Origin: an uncultured Desulfurococcaceae archaeon | GTDB taxonomy: Archaea > Thermoproteota > Thermoprotei_A > Sulfolobales > NBVN01 | NCBI GenBank assembly: GCA_964636755.1 | Contig: CAZWSU010000066.1 | Coordinates: 1-62,956, forward strand | Direction of reading: 5' to 3' | DNA: 62,956 nt | Part shown: positions 34,081 to 42,837 of the stretch, piece by piece | How the letters are laid out: each line of letters starts with the position of its first letter | Position numbering within the stretch: position 1 is the first letter of the stretch | Position numbers and translations under genes: made by a program | Notes under the pieces: generated by a model | What the model saw: only the letters and a program-made list of their open reading frames with translations | Database searches by the model: none | Told to the model about the DNA's origin: nothing

Positions 34081-35442
34081 TTAGAGATCTAGGTAATGGT
34101 AAAATTCCGCGGGTGATGGGTAAGACTGGAGTAATCTTGATTCTCTTCTCTTTATTTCGATATAGGTTTCCAGGAGTTCCTTAGGGAATACAGGGCTAAG
34201 CCAGTTACTATCCGACTCAAGCTCGTCTAACGCTTCGTCAAGATTCTTAGGTAAGCTTATAATACTATTGCGTCTCGTTGTTAGTTCCTCATACATGTTT
34301 TCCTTAACTGGGTCCCCAGGATCTAGCTTTTTCTTAATGCCGTCAAGACCTGCTAGAACTATGGCTGTTGTCGCTAGGTAGGGGTTAGCGCTTGGGTCCG
34401 GAGGCCTATACTCTACCCTCACAGACTTACTGCACTTCTCGTACGCCGGTATTCTTATAGCCACACTCCTATTACCCGCTCCCCAAGCCAAGTACGTTGG
34501 AGCTTCATAGCCTGGAACAAGCCTTTTGTAGCTGTTAGTTGTGGGGCTGACTATAGCTGATAGCGCTCTACCATGTTCTATTAGCCCACCTATGAAATAC
34601 CTTGCCTCTTGACTTAAGCACGCGTACTCGCCGTTAGGATCATAAAATATGTTTTCGCCACCCTCCCATAAACTTACGTGTACGTGCATGCCGTTACCGT
34701 TGTCACCGTAGACGGGTTTAGGCATAAAATTGGCTACGTACCCCTTCAGGGAAGCAAGAGTTCTGGTAACATACTTAACTGTCTGGATAGAGTCAGAGAC
34801 GTGCGTTAAGGAACCACCCTCAAAAGATATCTCATGTTGTGATGCCGCGGCGACCTCGTGGTGTAGTGCTTCTACAGCTAAACCAAAGTAATTGATTAAG
34901 GTTTCTGCAAGCTCTGTCTTAAAATCAATGAATTTATCTTTAGGGTACGTCACGTAATACCCTTCCTTAACTCTATTAATGAACGGGAGATCCTCCCACG
35001 ACGCTTCAGTACTGCTAATCTCAAAAAATTGTTTTTGAGGACTTACCTTAACAGATACCTTATCAAACACGAAGAACTCTAGTTCAGCGGAAACGAAAGG
35101 TTTTATGTTGGTAGACGTGAGTAGGTCGTCGAGTTTTTCAGCTACGTATCTCGGGTCCCTAACAAACCTCTCGCTATCGAGGTAAACACGGCAGATGAGT
35201 CTACCGATGGTATTACTCCAAGGAAGTCTCGCGAATGTCTTAATATCGGGTTTAAGGAGTAAATCACTCTCTTCTACGCCAGTAAATCCCTTAACACTAC
35301 TCCCATCAAGCTTACTAACGAGTTCCTCGAGAGACTTACCACCAGGCTTGACCCGCACAATGACCTGCCTGAAGAAACCAGCTAGATCCGTGAACTGCAA
35401 GCTAGCCCATCTCAAGTCTTTAATCTCAGCATTACTACTCAT
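34081..35442 (-). CDS. glnA: Glutamine synthetase type I
   Basis: Contains FMPKPVYGDNGNGMHVHVSLW, NSYKRLVPGYEAP and RIPA...VRVEYR blocks. 453 aa. Confidence 0.95.
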   Translation of the reverse strand: MSSNAEIKDLRWASLQFTDLAGFFRQVIVRVKPGGKSLEELVSKLDGSSVKGFTGVEESDLLLKPDIKTFARLPWSNTIGRLICRVYLDSERFVRDPRYVAEKLDDLLTSTNIKPFVSAELEFFVFDKVSVKVSPQKQFFEISSTEASWEDLPFINRVKEGYYVTYPKDKFIDFKTELAETLINYFGLAVEALHHEVAAASQHEISFEGGSLTHVSDSIQTVKYVTRTLASLKGYVANFMPKPVYGDNGNGMHVHVSLWEGGENIFYDPNGEYACLSQEARYFIGGLIEHGRALSAIVSPTTNSYKRLVPGYEAPTYLAWGAGNRSVAIRIPAYEKCSKSVRVEYRPPDPSANPYLATTAIVLAGLDGIKKKLDPGDPVKENMYEELTTRRNSIISLPKNLDEALDELESDSNWLSPVFPKELLETYIEIKRRESRLLQSYPSPAEFYHYLDL

Positions 35443-35618
35443 TAAGTACTACCTCAACAAAAAATAATAATAGTTAGACACGTATAAAAACGCTGTTTAG
35501 AATAATATGTTAGTTAGTCAAACATGGTATAGGAAAGCAGGGACTCCTAAGTCAATACGTTAAGTATTTTAATAATTAAGTGACATAAAGACTAAAACGC
35601 TGAGTCAGATAATGCTGG

Positions 35619-35688
35619 GTTTGAGCGAATTTCAGTGAAGTACGCTTTCATCACGTATTCAGATCCCGGATTCCTCATCTTCTCAAAC
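35619..35688 (-). ncRNA. Candidate C/D box sRNA
   Basis: Read on the minus strand. Closing stem GUUUGAG/CUCAAAC; C AAGAUGA (one deviation); 12-nt guide GGAAUCCGGGAU; D' CUGA; spacer AUAC; C' GUGAUGA; 12-nt guide AAGCGUACUUCA; D CUGA. Both guide spacings are exactly 12 nt. Confidence 0.55.
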
Positions 35689-35957
35689 GCTTCTTGCTAT
35701 GCTTGAACCCAAAAACTCTACTATATGGAGCTTATTAAATATAATGGGTGTTCGGCTGGGAGGAGATCAGAAAATGTTGTTTAGTAAGAGGTGATTAATA
35801 GAAGTCTTTTAATAGGTTTTAGTTTTTAGTTAATTTTTCGCATGGTGTGATAGGTCTGCTTCATTATTTCTATGATGGGTGAGCGTGTTCGCTCTTCAAA
35901 AGTTTGCGTGAAAAGTTTTTAAACCCTTAGAGATAACTTCATGCGGTGACGTGAAGA

Positions 35958-37577
35958 GTGCAGAGATATGTTTTCTTAAGTGTCATCATTCTTTTCTTAC
36001 TCACCATAGTAGGCTTACTTGCCTACTATGTCCTCACACCACCGCCGTCTAAACAGAAAGTGGTTGTTTACGCATATAATGATAGAATCACGGGCATAGA
36101 TCCGAGTATAGAGGATGATACAGGTCTAGTCATCATAGGCTTAGTTTACGAGCAATTAATTCGTTACAACCCTCTCACCAATAAGTTAGAGCCCGTGCTC
36201 GCTGTCACGTGGAATAGCAGTGAGGACGGTACTGAGTGGGTTTTCCGCCTTAGGGAGGGGGTGGTATTCCACGATAATACACCGTTCAACGCTACCGCGG
36301 TTAAGCTAAGTATTGAGAGAGCTAGAGACGTGTATAGAGAGACGGGTAGGGGTGCTGGCTATATCTGGGAAGCCGTGACAAGCATAGAAGTAGTTGATGA
36401 GTACACCATCAAGATAAAACTCGAGTATCCGCAAAGACTGGATCTCTTAGTAGCAGCTACCTACGCTGCCTACGTCTTCTCCCCTAAAGCTCTCTCATAT
36501 AGTGGGGCTTCATCATATCTAGACAAAAAACTTGAGGATTGGTTTAACAGAGGGAATGAAGTCGGTTCAGGACCTTACATGATAGAATATTACAGACCTG
36601 ACTCGGAAGTAAGACTTAAGAAGTTTGATAAATGGTGGGGTTGGTCCTTAGTGAATAACACTCAAGCTCCTGACTACATCATCGTGAAGATATTGCCAGA
36701 CCCTCAATCACAATACAACGGCTTAATCTCCGGCGAGATAGACATAGCTTCCAGCGTGCCTAGAGACTACGTGAGCTTATTGCTGAGTAAGGGCTTCAGA
36801 ATTTATAACCTGACATCATACCATAACTACCTGCTGTTCTTCAACGTCAAGAGATACCCAACGAACATAACCGAGTTCAGGAAAGCGATTGCGTGCTCGC
36901 TTAATTTAGATGAGGCCGTGAAGCTAGCTATGAAAGGGTTTGGTCTGAAAGGGAGTGGTATAGTGCCCCACGGCTTCCCAGGATTCACGGAGGGACTGTA
37001 TTATGAGTGTGGATTAAGTGAAGCCATGCAGTACCTTGAGGAATCAGGTGTTCAAGTACCCGTTAGAATAGAACTACTATATCAAGTAGACTACGAAGAA
37101 ACAAGAATATTTGCGGAGATGCTGCAGTCGAGGCTGAAAGACCTAAACATAGACTTAGTTCTCAACCCGCAACCCTGGTCGCAGCTTAAGGAGATAGCTA
37201 AGAGTGTTTGGGATGACCCTGATGGAGCCCCGCACCTAGTAATAGCTGATTGGTGGCCTACGATACCGTCGCCCTACGACTACCTCTACATAATGTTCCA
37301 CAGCGAGTCAAAAGAATGGAATTTCGCGGGATACGAGGACGAGGAATTCGAGGACCTAATAGATCAGGCTTGGGAGTTAGAAGGGAGTAATTACTCTGAA
37401 GCTTTAAATCTCTACAGGGAGGCTCAAATAAAGCTCTTCGATGAGGTAATAGGGATTAACTTATGGGATGAAATAAGGCCTTTCATTTATAATGCCAGGG
37501 TAGAACTACGTGATGAGTGTATGAATCCTTTATATATGTACGTAATATACTTCCAGTATGTGAGAGTGGGAACATAG
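35958..37577 (+). CDS. ABC peptide/nickel-type (family 5) substrate-binding protein
   Basis: N-terminal anchor helix and 539 aa with family-5 SBP blocks (VTWNSSEDGTEWVFRLREGVVFHDNTPFNA, SGPYMI). First gene of a five-gene Opp/Dpp-type operon. Confidence 0.85.
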   Translation: MQRYVFLSVIILFLLTIVGLLAYYVLTPPPSKQKVVVYAYNDRITGIDPSIEDDTGLVIIGLVYEQLIRYNPLTNKLEPVLAVTWNSSEDGTEWVFRLREGVVFHDNTPFNATAVKLSIERARDVYRETGRGAGYIWEAVTSIEVVDEYTIKIKLEYPQRLDLLVAATYAAYVFSPKALSYSGASSYLDKKLEDWFNRGNEVGSGPYMIEYYRPDSEVRLKKFDKWWGWSLVNNTQAPDYIIVKILPDPQSQYNGLISGEIDIASSVPRDYVSLLLSKGFRIYNLTSYHNYLLFFNVKRYPTNITEFRKAIACSLNLDEAVKLAMKGFGLKGSGIVPHGFPGFTEGLYYECGLSEAMQYLEESGVQVPVRIELLYQVDYEETRIFAEMLQSRLKDLNIDLVLNPQPWSQLKEIAKSVWDDPDGAPHLVIADWWPTIPSPYDYLYIMFHSESKEWNFAGYEDEEFEDLIDQAWELEGSNYSEALNLYREAQIKLFDEVIGINLWDEIRPFIYNARVELRDECMNPLYMYVIYFQYVRVGT

Positions 37578-37578
37578 A

Positions 37579-38607
37579 TTGCCCCTCAGTCTAAACTACC
37601 TATTGAAGAGGACCGCCTGGATTTTCTTGGTAGTAGTGGGTGTAGTGATTTTCTCCTACATGGCGATAATCTTATCTCCCGGGGACCCGGCAGTCAAGTG
37701 GGCTGGTAACCCGAGAGGACCTAACGCCTCACTAGCTATAGAGTTAGCTCGTAAAGAGCTAGGATTAGATAAACCGCTGTTTATTCAGGTGTTTAAATTC
37801 ATCACAGATGTCTTCACGGGCAACATAGGATTAAGTATTGCTTATAAGATCCCTGTTTTTGATGTCATACTGAGGCGTTTGGTGGCAACGCTAGAGCTCC
37901 TCTTCGTAGCTTACTTAATAGCTATACCCCTAGGGGTCTTCCTAGGGATTAGATCAGCGATCCGCAGGAACGGGGCGCTGGACACAGCGTTGCAGTCCTT
38001 AGGTACAGTACTGGCTAACACACCGACATTCTGGCTTGGTGCGTGGTTATTCCTCACTCTAGTGCTCCTAGGCGCGTACCCGTACGGCAGGGTGGATCCC
38101 AAGATAGCTACGTCAACAGGTTTCCACCCCATAACAGGGTTTTACTTAATCGATAGCTTGATTGAGGGTAACCTACTAGTCTTCACGAACGTCTTAAGTA
38201 AGATCATCCCTCCAGCGATAGCCATATCTATCTACCCGCTAGGAGTACTGATTAGGCTTACGAGAGCTTTAGCTTCTGACGCATTGTTAGAGGACTACAT
38301 AAGAGCTTCCGTAGCGTGGGGTGTTAGCAGGTCTGTCATAATATGGAGGTATGCTCTGAAAGCTATAACGCCCGGCTTAGTGCAGGTTATCGGCTTAGCC
38401 TTTGCGTACAGCTTGGTCGACGCCATGGCCGTCGAGTACGTAGTCTTCGGGAGAGAGGGTCTTGGTAGCTTACTAGTAGACTCATTAAACTACAGTGATT
38501 TCAGGTTAGCGGTAGGTCTAGTCATAGTTGTCGCGGTATTTTACTTACTGATCAACACGTTGACAGACATCATACAAGCTCTGATAGATCCTAAGGTGAG
38601 GTTGTAG
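37579..38607 (+). CDS. Opp/Dpp-type ABC permease (B-type)
   Basis: 342 aa, 6 TM, with the start abutting the previous stop. Confidence 0.9.
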   Translation: MPLSLNYLLKRTAWIFLVVVGVVIFSYMAIILSPGDPAVKWAGNPRGPNASLAIELARKELGLDKPLFIQVFKFITDVFTGNIGLSIAYKIPVFDVILRRLVATLELLFVAYLIAIPLGVFLGIRSAIRRNGALDTALQSLGTVLANTPTFWLGAWLFLTLVLLGAYPYGRVDPKIATSTGFHPITGFYLIDSLIEGNLLVFTNVLSKIIPPAIAISIYPLGVLIRLTRALASDALLEDYIRASVAWGVSRSVIIWRYALKAITPGLVQVIGLAFAYSLVDAMAVEYVVFGREGLGSLLVDSLNYSDFRLAVGLVIVVAVFYLLINTLTDIIQALIDPKVRL

Positions 38608-38608
38608 G

Positions 38609-39541
38609 TTGAGCGCCTCAATCAAAGAATTTATGAAGCCGCTTGAGTCTTCCGGTAAGAGGCTCTACGGCGATTTATCTAAGAGTTTCAAGAGGTACCT
38701 TAAGAGAACTAGGTTTAAGGTAGGTCTCGCGATAACGGTGGTTATACTCTTCCTAGCGCTAGTAGGTCCTTGGATAGTTCCTTACCCTGATGAGGGTGAG
38801 GGGTACGTACCGCCTGAAGCGTCGCAGAGAGAGAAACAACCCCCTAGCCTTAAGTTCTTATTCGGTACTGACACGAGGGGCCGGGACCTATTCTCGAGAG
38901 TTATCCTAGGTGCTAGGTCAGCTGTTCTACAAATAACTACGGTGATTTCGCTGAGCTTGGTGATAGGCTTAGTCGTAGGCATTCTAGCCGCTTACTTCAG
39001 GGGGGTTGTGGAGACAGTCCTCAATTACTTAGTTGAGTTATTCATCAGTATCCCTGCAGTCATAGTAGCGCTGGTCTTGAGGCTGGCGTTAGGTCCCGGA
39101 TTACTCACCATAATAACCAGCTTAGTGATTACTTGGTGGTCTTGGTACGCGCGGGTCACCTACGTCTACGCTAGAAGCATTATGGAGATGGATTACGTGA
39201 CGTTAGCTAGGCTCAGCGGGTTAAGCCCTGTGAAGATAATGACTAGACACGTCATGAGGAATGTCTTAACGCCTGTCTTGGTTCAGGCAGTGACTGATAT
39301 GGGTAGCGTGCTCCTAGAAGCGAGCACTATAAACTTCCTCGGTTTGGGCTTACCTTTAAACTCTCCTGAGTGGGGAGTGATAATGTTTGAGGGGTTAGGC
39401 GTTCTCGAGATCGCGCCGTGGATAAGTGCTTACCCAGGCCTCTTCCTACTCATAACCGCGTTAGGTTTCAGCTTAGTCGGTGACACACTACGTGAGGAAA
39501 TGGATCCGAGACTGAGGAGGAGGTGGAGGTTATGGTTCTAG
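38609..39541 (+). CDS. Opp/Dpp-type ABC permease (C-type)
   Basis: 310 aa, with GTDTRGRDLFSRVILGARSA typical of OppC/DppC. Confidence 0.9.
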   Translation: MSASIKEFMKPLESSGKRLYGDLSKSFKRYLKRTRFKVGLAITVVILFLALVGPWIVPYPDEGEGYVPPEASQREKQPPSLKFLFGTDTRGRDLFSRVILGARSAVLQITTVISLSLVIGLVVGILAAYFRGVVETVLNYLVELFISIPAVIVALVLRLALGPGLLTIITSLVITWWSWYARVTYVYARSIMEMDYVTLARLSGLSPVKIMTRHVMRNVLTPVLVQAVTDMGSVLLEASTINFLGLGLPLNSPEWGVIMFEGLGVLEIAPWISAYPGLFLLITALGFSLVGDTLREEMDPRLRRRWRLWF

Positions 39542-40497
39542 CTGTTAAAGCCAAGGACCTCAGAGTAGGTTACATGGACGAGGAAGAGAACATATTATGG
39601 GCTGTTAAAGGGGTTTCCTTCGAGGTCAAGCAAGGAGAAGTGTTTTGCTTAGTCGGCGAGTCCGGGTGTGGTAAGTCAACCATAGGGAACACTATAATCG
39701 GTATACTACCTCCTTACGCAGTTACTGAGGGGGAGCTCTACGTCTTCAATAAGCCTGTAGTCGTGGGTAACCTAAGAGATTACACAGGTATTAGAGGGAG
39801 AGTTGTTTCTTACGTTCCCCAAAACCCCGGCACTAGCTTAAACCCTTACCAAACGATAGGGACGCAGCTTTACTACGTGTTAAACAGCGTGTACGGGTGG
39901 GACAAAAAGAAGTCTCTTGAAGTAGCTAAGAAGTACTTATCTCTCGTTGAGTTGGATCCGGAAAGCGTGATTGATTACTACCCACACGAGCTCAGTGGGG
40001 GGATGCAGCAGAGAGCAGCTATAGCCATAGCTCTCTCAACAGGCGCTAAAATCCTAGTAGCTGATGAGCCTACCTCAGCTCTAGACGCACATCTAAGACT
40101 ACAACTAATCAAGCTCTTGATGAAACTTAGGGACACCGAGTCACTAACCCTCATACTAATAACTCACGACCTCGTATCGACAGGCAAGATATGCGATACC
40201 ATAGCAGTTGTTTACTCCGGTAAGATTGTTGAGAAGTGTTCAGGAAGTAACGTGATAATTGAGCCATTACACCCCTACACGCAAATGCTAGCTGACGCCG
40301 TACCGCTTCTAGGGATTAAAAGACCCCTCAAATCAATACCCGGCGAACCCCCGAAACCCGGCGAGGAAATCGCTGGTTGCGTGTTCGCACCCAGATGCCC
40401 CCTAGTATTCGAGAAATGCGTTGAGGCCCCGCCCTCCTTCAACGTATATAATGGCGAGGTAGCTTGCTGGAGGTACGTTAACATTGCCAGACAATAA
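39523..40497 (+). CDS. Opp/Dpp-type ABC ATPase (D-type) with C-terminal oligopeptide-transporter extension
   Basis: Walker A GESGCGKST, signature LSGGMQQRAAIAIAL, Walker B ILVADEPTSALD, and HPYT plus a Cys-containing tail. Confidence 0.9.
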   Translation: MEVMVLAVKAKDLRVGYMDEEENILWAVKGVSFEVKQGEVFCLVGESGCGKSTIGNTIIGILPPYAVTEGELYVFNKPVVVGNLRDYTGIRGRVVSYVPQNPGTSLNPYQTIGTQLYYVLNSVYGWDKKKSLEVAKKYLSLVELDPESVIDYYPHELSGGMQQRAAIAIALSTGAKILVADEPTSALDAHLRLQLIKLLMKLRDTESLTLILITHDLVSTGKICDTIAVVYSGKIVEKCSGSNVIIEPLHPYTQMLADAVPLLGIKRPLKSIPGEPPKPGEEIAGCVFAPRCPLVFEKCVEAPPSFNVYNGEVACWRYVNIARQ

Positions 40498-41281
40498 CAT
40501 AATAGTTTTGCTCAAGGACGTCGTAGCCGGTTACCAGACCACCGGCAGGGGCTGGAGATCCCTATTCAAGCACGTTAACGTCGTGTTAAGGAATGTGAAT
40601 TTAAGAGTGTATGATGGTGAGAGGGTAGCTATAATAGGTGAGAGTGGTTCTGGGAAGACAACCTTACTTAAGGTGATTCTAGGACTACTTAAACCTGTGA
40701 AGGGTAGTGTAGAGGTTTTAGGTAAAGAGATCTATAAGCTCCCTCGGAGAGAACGCGTGAACGTGCTTAAGCAAGTGGGTTACGTACCACAAGACCCGTA
40801 CAAGGCGTTGAACCCCAAACTACGTGTCAGGACTATATTGAGTGAGCCGCTGGAATCCACCAAAGCTAATCTGGAAGAAATTGAGGAGAGGGTTAGGGAA
40901 GTCGCGAAGATGGTTCAATTAAGTGATAAGATCCTGGATAAGTATCCTAGCGAGCTCAGCGGCGGGATGATGCAGAGAGTGTTGATAGCTCGCTCCATAA
41001 TACACGACCCCGAAATCTTAATACTTGACGAACCTACGTCAGCACTTGACGTCTCTATTCAGGCACAGATCATAGAACTAATTAACAACATACACAAGAA
41101 ACTAGAACTAGCTATTTTAACGGTGACGCATGATTTAGGCGTAGCGCAATACCTGAGCGATAGAGCCGTAATATTGTATAAGGGAGAAGTGATTGAGGAG
41201 GGTCACACAGACGACATAATCGCGAAACCGAAACACGAGTACACGAATTTACTGATAGCTAGCTATAAAGCGAGCATATAG
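40484..41281 (+). CDS. Opp/Dpp-type ABC ATPase (F-type)
   Basis: Walker A GESGSGKTT, signature LSGGMMQRVLIARSI, Walker B ILILDEPTSALD. Confidence 0.9.
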   Translation: MPDNNIIVLLKDVVAGYQTTGRGWRSLFKHVNVVLRNVNLRVYDGERVAIIGESGSGKTTLLKVILGLLKPVKGSVEVLGKEIYKLPRRERVNVLKQVGYVPQDPYKALNPKLRVRTILSEPLESTKANLEEIEERVREVAKMVQLSDKILDKYPSELSGGMMQRVLIARSIIHDPEILILDEPTSALDVSIQAQIIELINNIHKKLELAILTVTHDLGVAQYLSDRAVILYKGEVIEEGHTDDIIAKPKHEYTNLLIASYKASI

Positions 41282-41348
41282 TAGTGCTTAAGGCACTACC
41301 TAAGCATTAAATAAATATTCCTTGGAATGAGTATTCCTAGGATGCGTA

Positions 41349-41939
41349 ATGCTCACTAAGATTAGGGGTGCCATAACGCCGTTCCTGAAGCGTTTAGGAG
41401 TCTTCCTCTGGAAACACGGGATATCCCCTGATATGCTCACGCTAGGCGGGCTAGTACTGAGTTTAGTAGCGCCTGCTTTCGCGTTTTTTAAGGTTATTCC
41501 AGCGGTTTTGATATTGATGATATTAAGTCTCGTTTGCGACGCTCTCGACGGGGCCGTAGCCAAAGCATCCGGTTCAACAACTCCTAGAGGGGCGCTCTTA
41601 GATTCCTTTAGTGACAGAGTTGAGGAACTAATGTTTGTCTTGAGCTTGGGTTTAATGAGGGTTGAGTGGGTAATACTGACTTTGTTCCTTGGAACGTCCT
41701 TCCTCATAAGCTACTTAAGGTCCATAGCCGCACAACACAGGATAAACTTGGAAGGAGTTGGTTTAATGGAAAGGGGAGAGAGGGGATTACTATTAGTTCT
41801 CTCAACAACCCTACTAATGTTTAATGGGGGGCAATACGCAGAGTTATTGATTGCCGTAGGTATAGTATTGAACGCTGTGACAGTAATTCAGCGTATCACA
41901 AAGCTAATCAGCTTACTCAATGAATCGCCCAAGGTTTAA
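41349..41939 (+). CDS. CDP-alcohol phosphatidyltransferase family protein (size fits archaetidylinositol-phosphate synthase type)
   Basis: Signature D-x2-D-G-x2-A-[RK]...G-x3-D-x3-D is seen as CDALDGAVAK...GALLDSFSD. 196 aa, ~6 TM. Confidence 0.8.
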   Translation: MLTKIRGAITPFLKRLGVFLWKHGISPDMLTLGGLVLSLVAPAFAFFKVIPAVLILMILSLVCDALDGAVAKASGSTTPRGALLDSFSDRVEELMFVLSLGLMRVEWVILTLFLGTSFLISYLRSIAAQHRINLEGVGLMERGERGLLLVLSTTLLMFNGGQYAELLIAVGIVLNAVTVIQRITKLISLLNESPKV

Positions 41940-42022
41940 ACAGCGAGTTAATCCCTCCCCAACCTATTTATTTGCTGTCACATAGTATCTATTGGTGAGT
42001 AAAGCTGGCTAAGGTTAAGAAG

Positions 42023-42325
42023 TTGGTTCTAGTTACGGATAAAGATCACGCACTACACAAACACTTCAGTGAAATATCCGAGAAGTTATCTAAAGAGCTC
42101 AACATCCCTCTCGAATATAAGTGGGGTGATTACGTCTACGTATCACAATACGGTGATTCCGACGAGTTAGGCATTACTTGGCTACCTCAATTATTCGCGG
42201 AATTAGAGGATGGGACCGTGATCAAGGTCTTGACACAGCCTAACTTAAGTGAGGCAGGCTACCTAGATCAAGAAAGGGATTATAAAGCGTCTTTAGAGAC
42301 GCTGAAGAATTACTTGAGTGGGTAG
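42023..42325 (+). CDS. Hypothetical protein (100 aa)
   Basis: ORF with ordinary composition. I recognised no motif. Confidence 0.4.
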   Translation: MVLVTDKDHALHKHFSEISEKLSKELNIPLEYKWGDYVYVSQYGDSDELGITWLPQLFAELEDGTVIKVLTQPNLSEAGYLDQERDYKASLETLKNYLSG

Positions 42326-42336
42326 GTGTGTAATGC

Positions 42337-42681
42337 TTGAGTGTGAGGACAGTAATAGCTAGAATAGTTGAGGGAGAGGTTAAGTCGGTAGATGTTGTAG
42401 AAGTTGGGAGTGTTGGGGAAGCCGTCAAGAAGGTGGTTTCTGAAGTACTTGAAAAATGGGATCCCGAGAAGCACGACTTAATAATAACCAGGCATGAGTC
42501 TAGCGAGATAAGCGAGTCCGAAAAATCAGTCCCCATTTACGTGTTGAGTCCCTCCAGTGAATGGATAGGTGAGGAACTAGTAGAGAAGGAAATAATAGCT
42601 GTGTTTCCATACGTCAGCGAGAAGCTAACGAACGAGATCCTGCGAGTATTTAGTGAGTATAGTAAGAGTAGCAGTACTTAA
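42337..42681 (+). CDS. Hypothetical protein (114 aa)
   Basis: ORF 11 nt downstream of the previous one. I recognised no motif. Confidence 0.4.
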   Translation: MSVRTVIARIVEGEVKSVDVVEVGSVGEAVKKVVSEVLEKWDPEKHDLIITRHESSEISESEKSVPIYVLSPSSEWIGEELVEKEIIAVFPYVSEKLTNEILRVFSEYSKSSST

Positions 42682-42720
42682 AATTACCAGTACAACACGT
42701 TAAAGTTTTTCCTGCTTAAT

Positions 42721-42780
42721 CGTGAGTGATGAGTGGTGTCCTGTCTGAACGATGATTGAAGGACCACAAACTGATTAATT
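42721..42780 (+). ncRNA. Candidate C/D box sRNA
   Basis: C GUGAUGA 42726-42732; 12-nt guide GUGGUGUCCUGU; D' CUGA 42745-42748; degenerate C' (A)UGAUUGA 42752-42759; 11-nt guide AGGACCACAAA; D CUGA 42771-42774. It lies in the spacer between convergent genes. Confidence 0.55.
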
Positions 42781-42792
42781 CCTTCAATCATC
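42751..42792. repeat. Perfect 12-bp inverted repeat GATGATTGAAGG / CCTTCAATCATC with 18-nt loop
   Basis: Read directly. The 5' arm covers the C' box of the sRNA candidate, and the loop contains its D box. Confidence 0.95.
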
Positions 42793-42837
42793 ATTGAGAC
42801 TCCTATACATAATTAACAACTCTGCTTCTAGACTAAG

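Noticed and set aside
41300-41707. 135-aa minus-strand ORF
   Set aside because: It is antisense to the CDP-alcohol phosphatidyltransferase gene, which carries a clear family signature. The composition is shadow-frame-like.
42786-42795. Perfect C box (AAUGAUGA) on the minus strand opposite the 42721-42780 sRNA candidate
   Set aside because: It is the complement of the hairpin's 3' arm. The minus strand has no CUGA boxes at guide distance, so the plus-strand reading is preferred.
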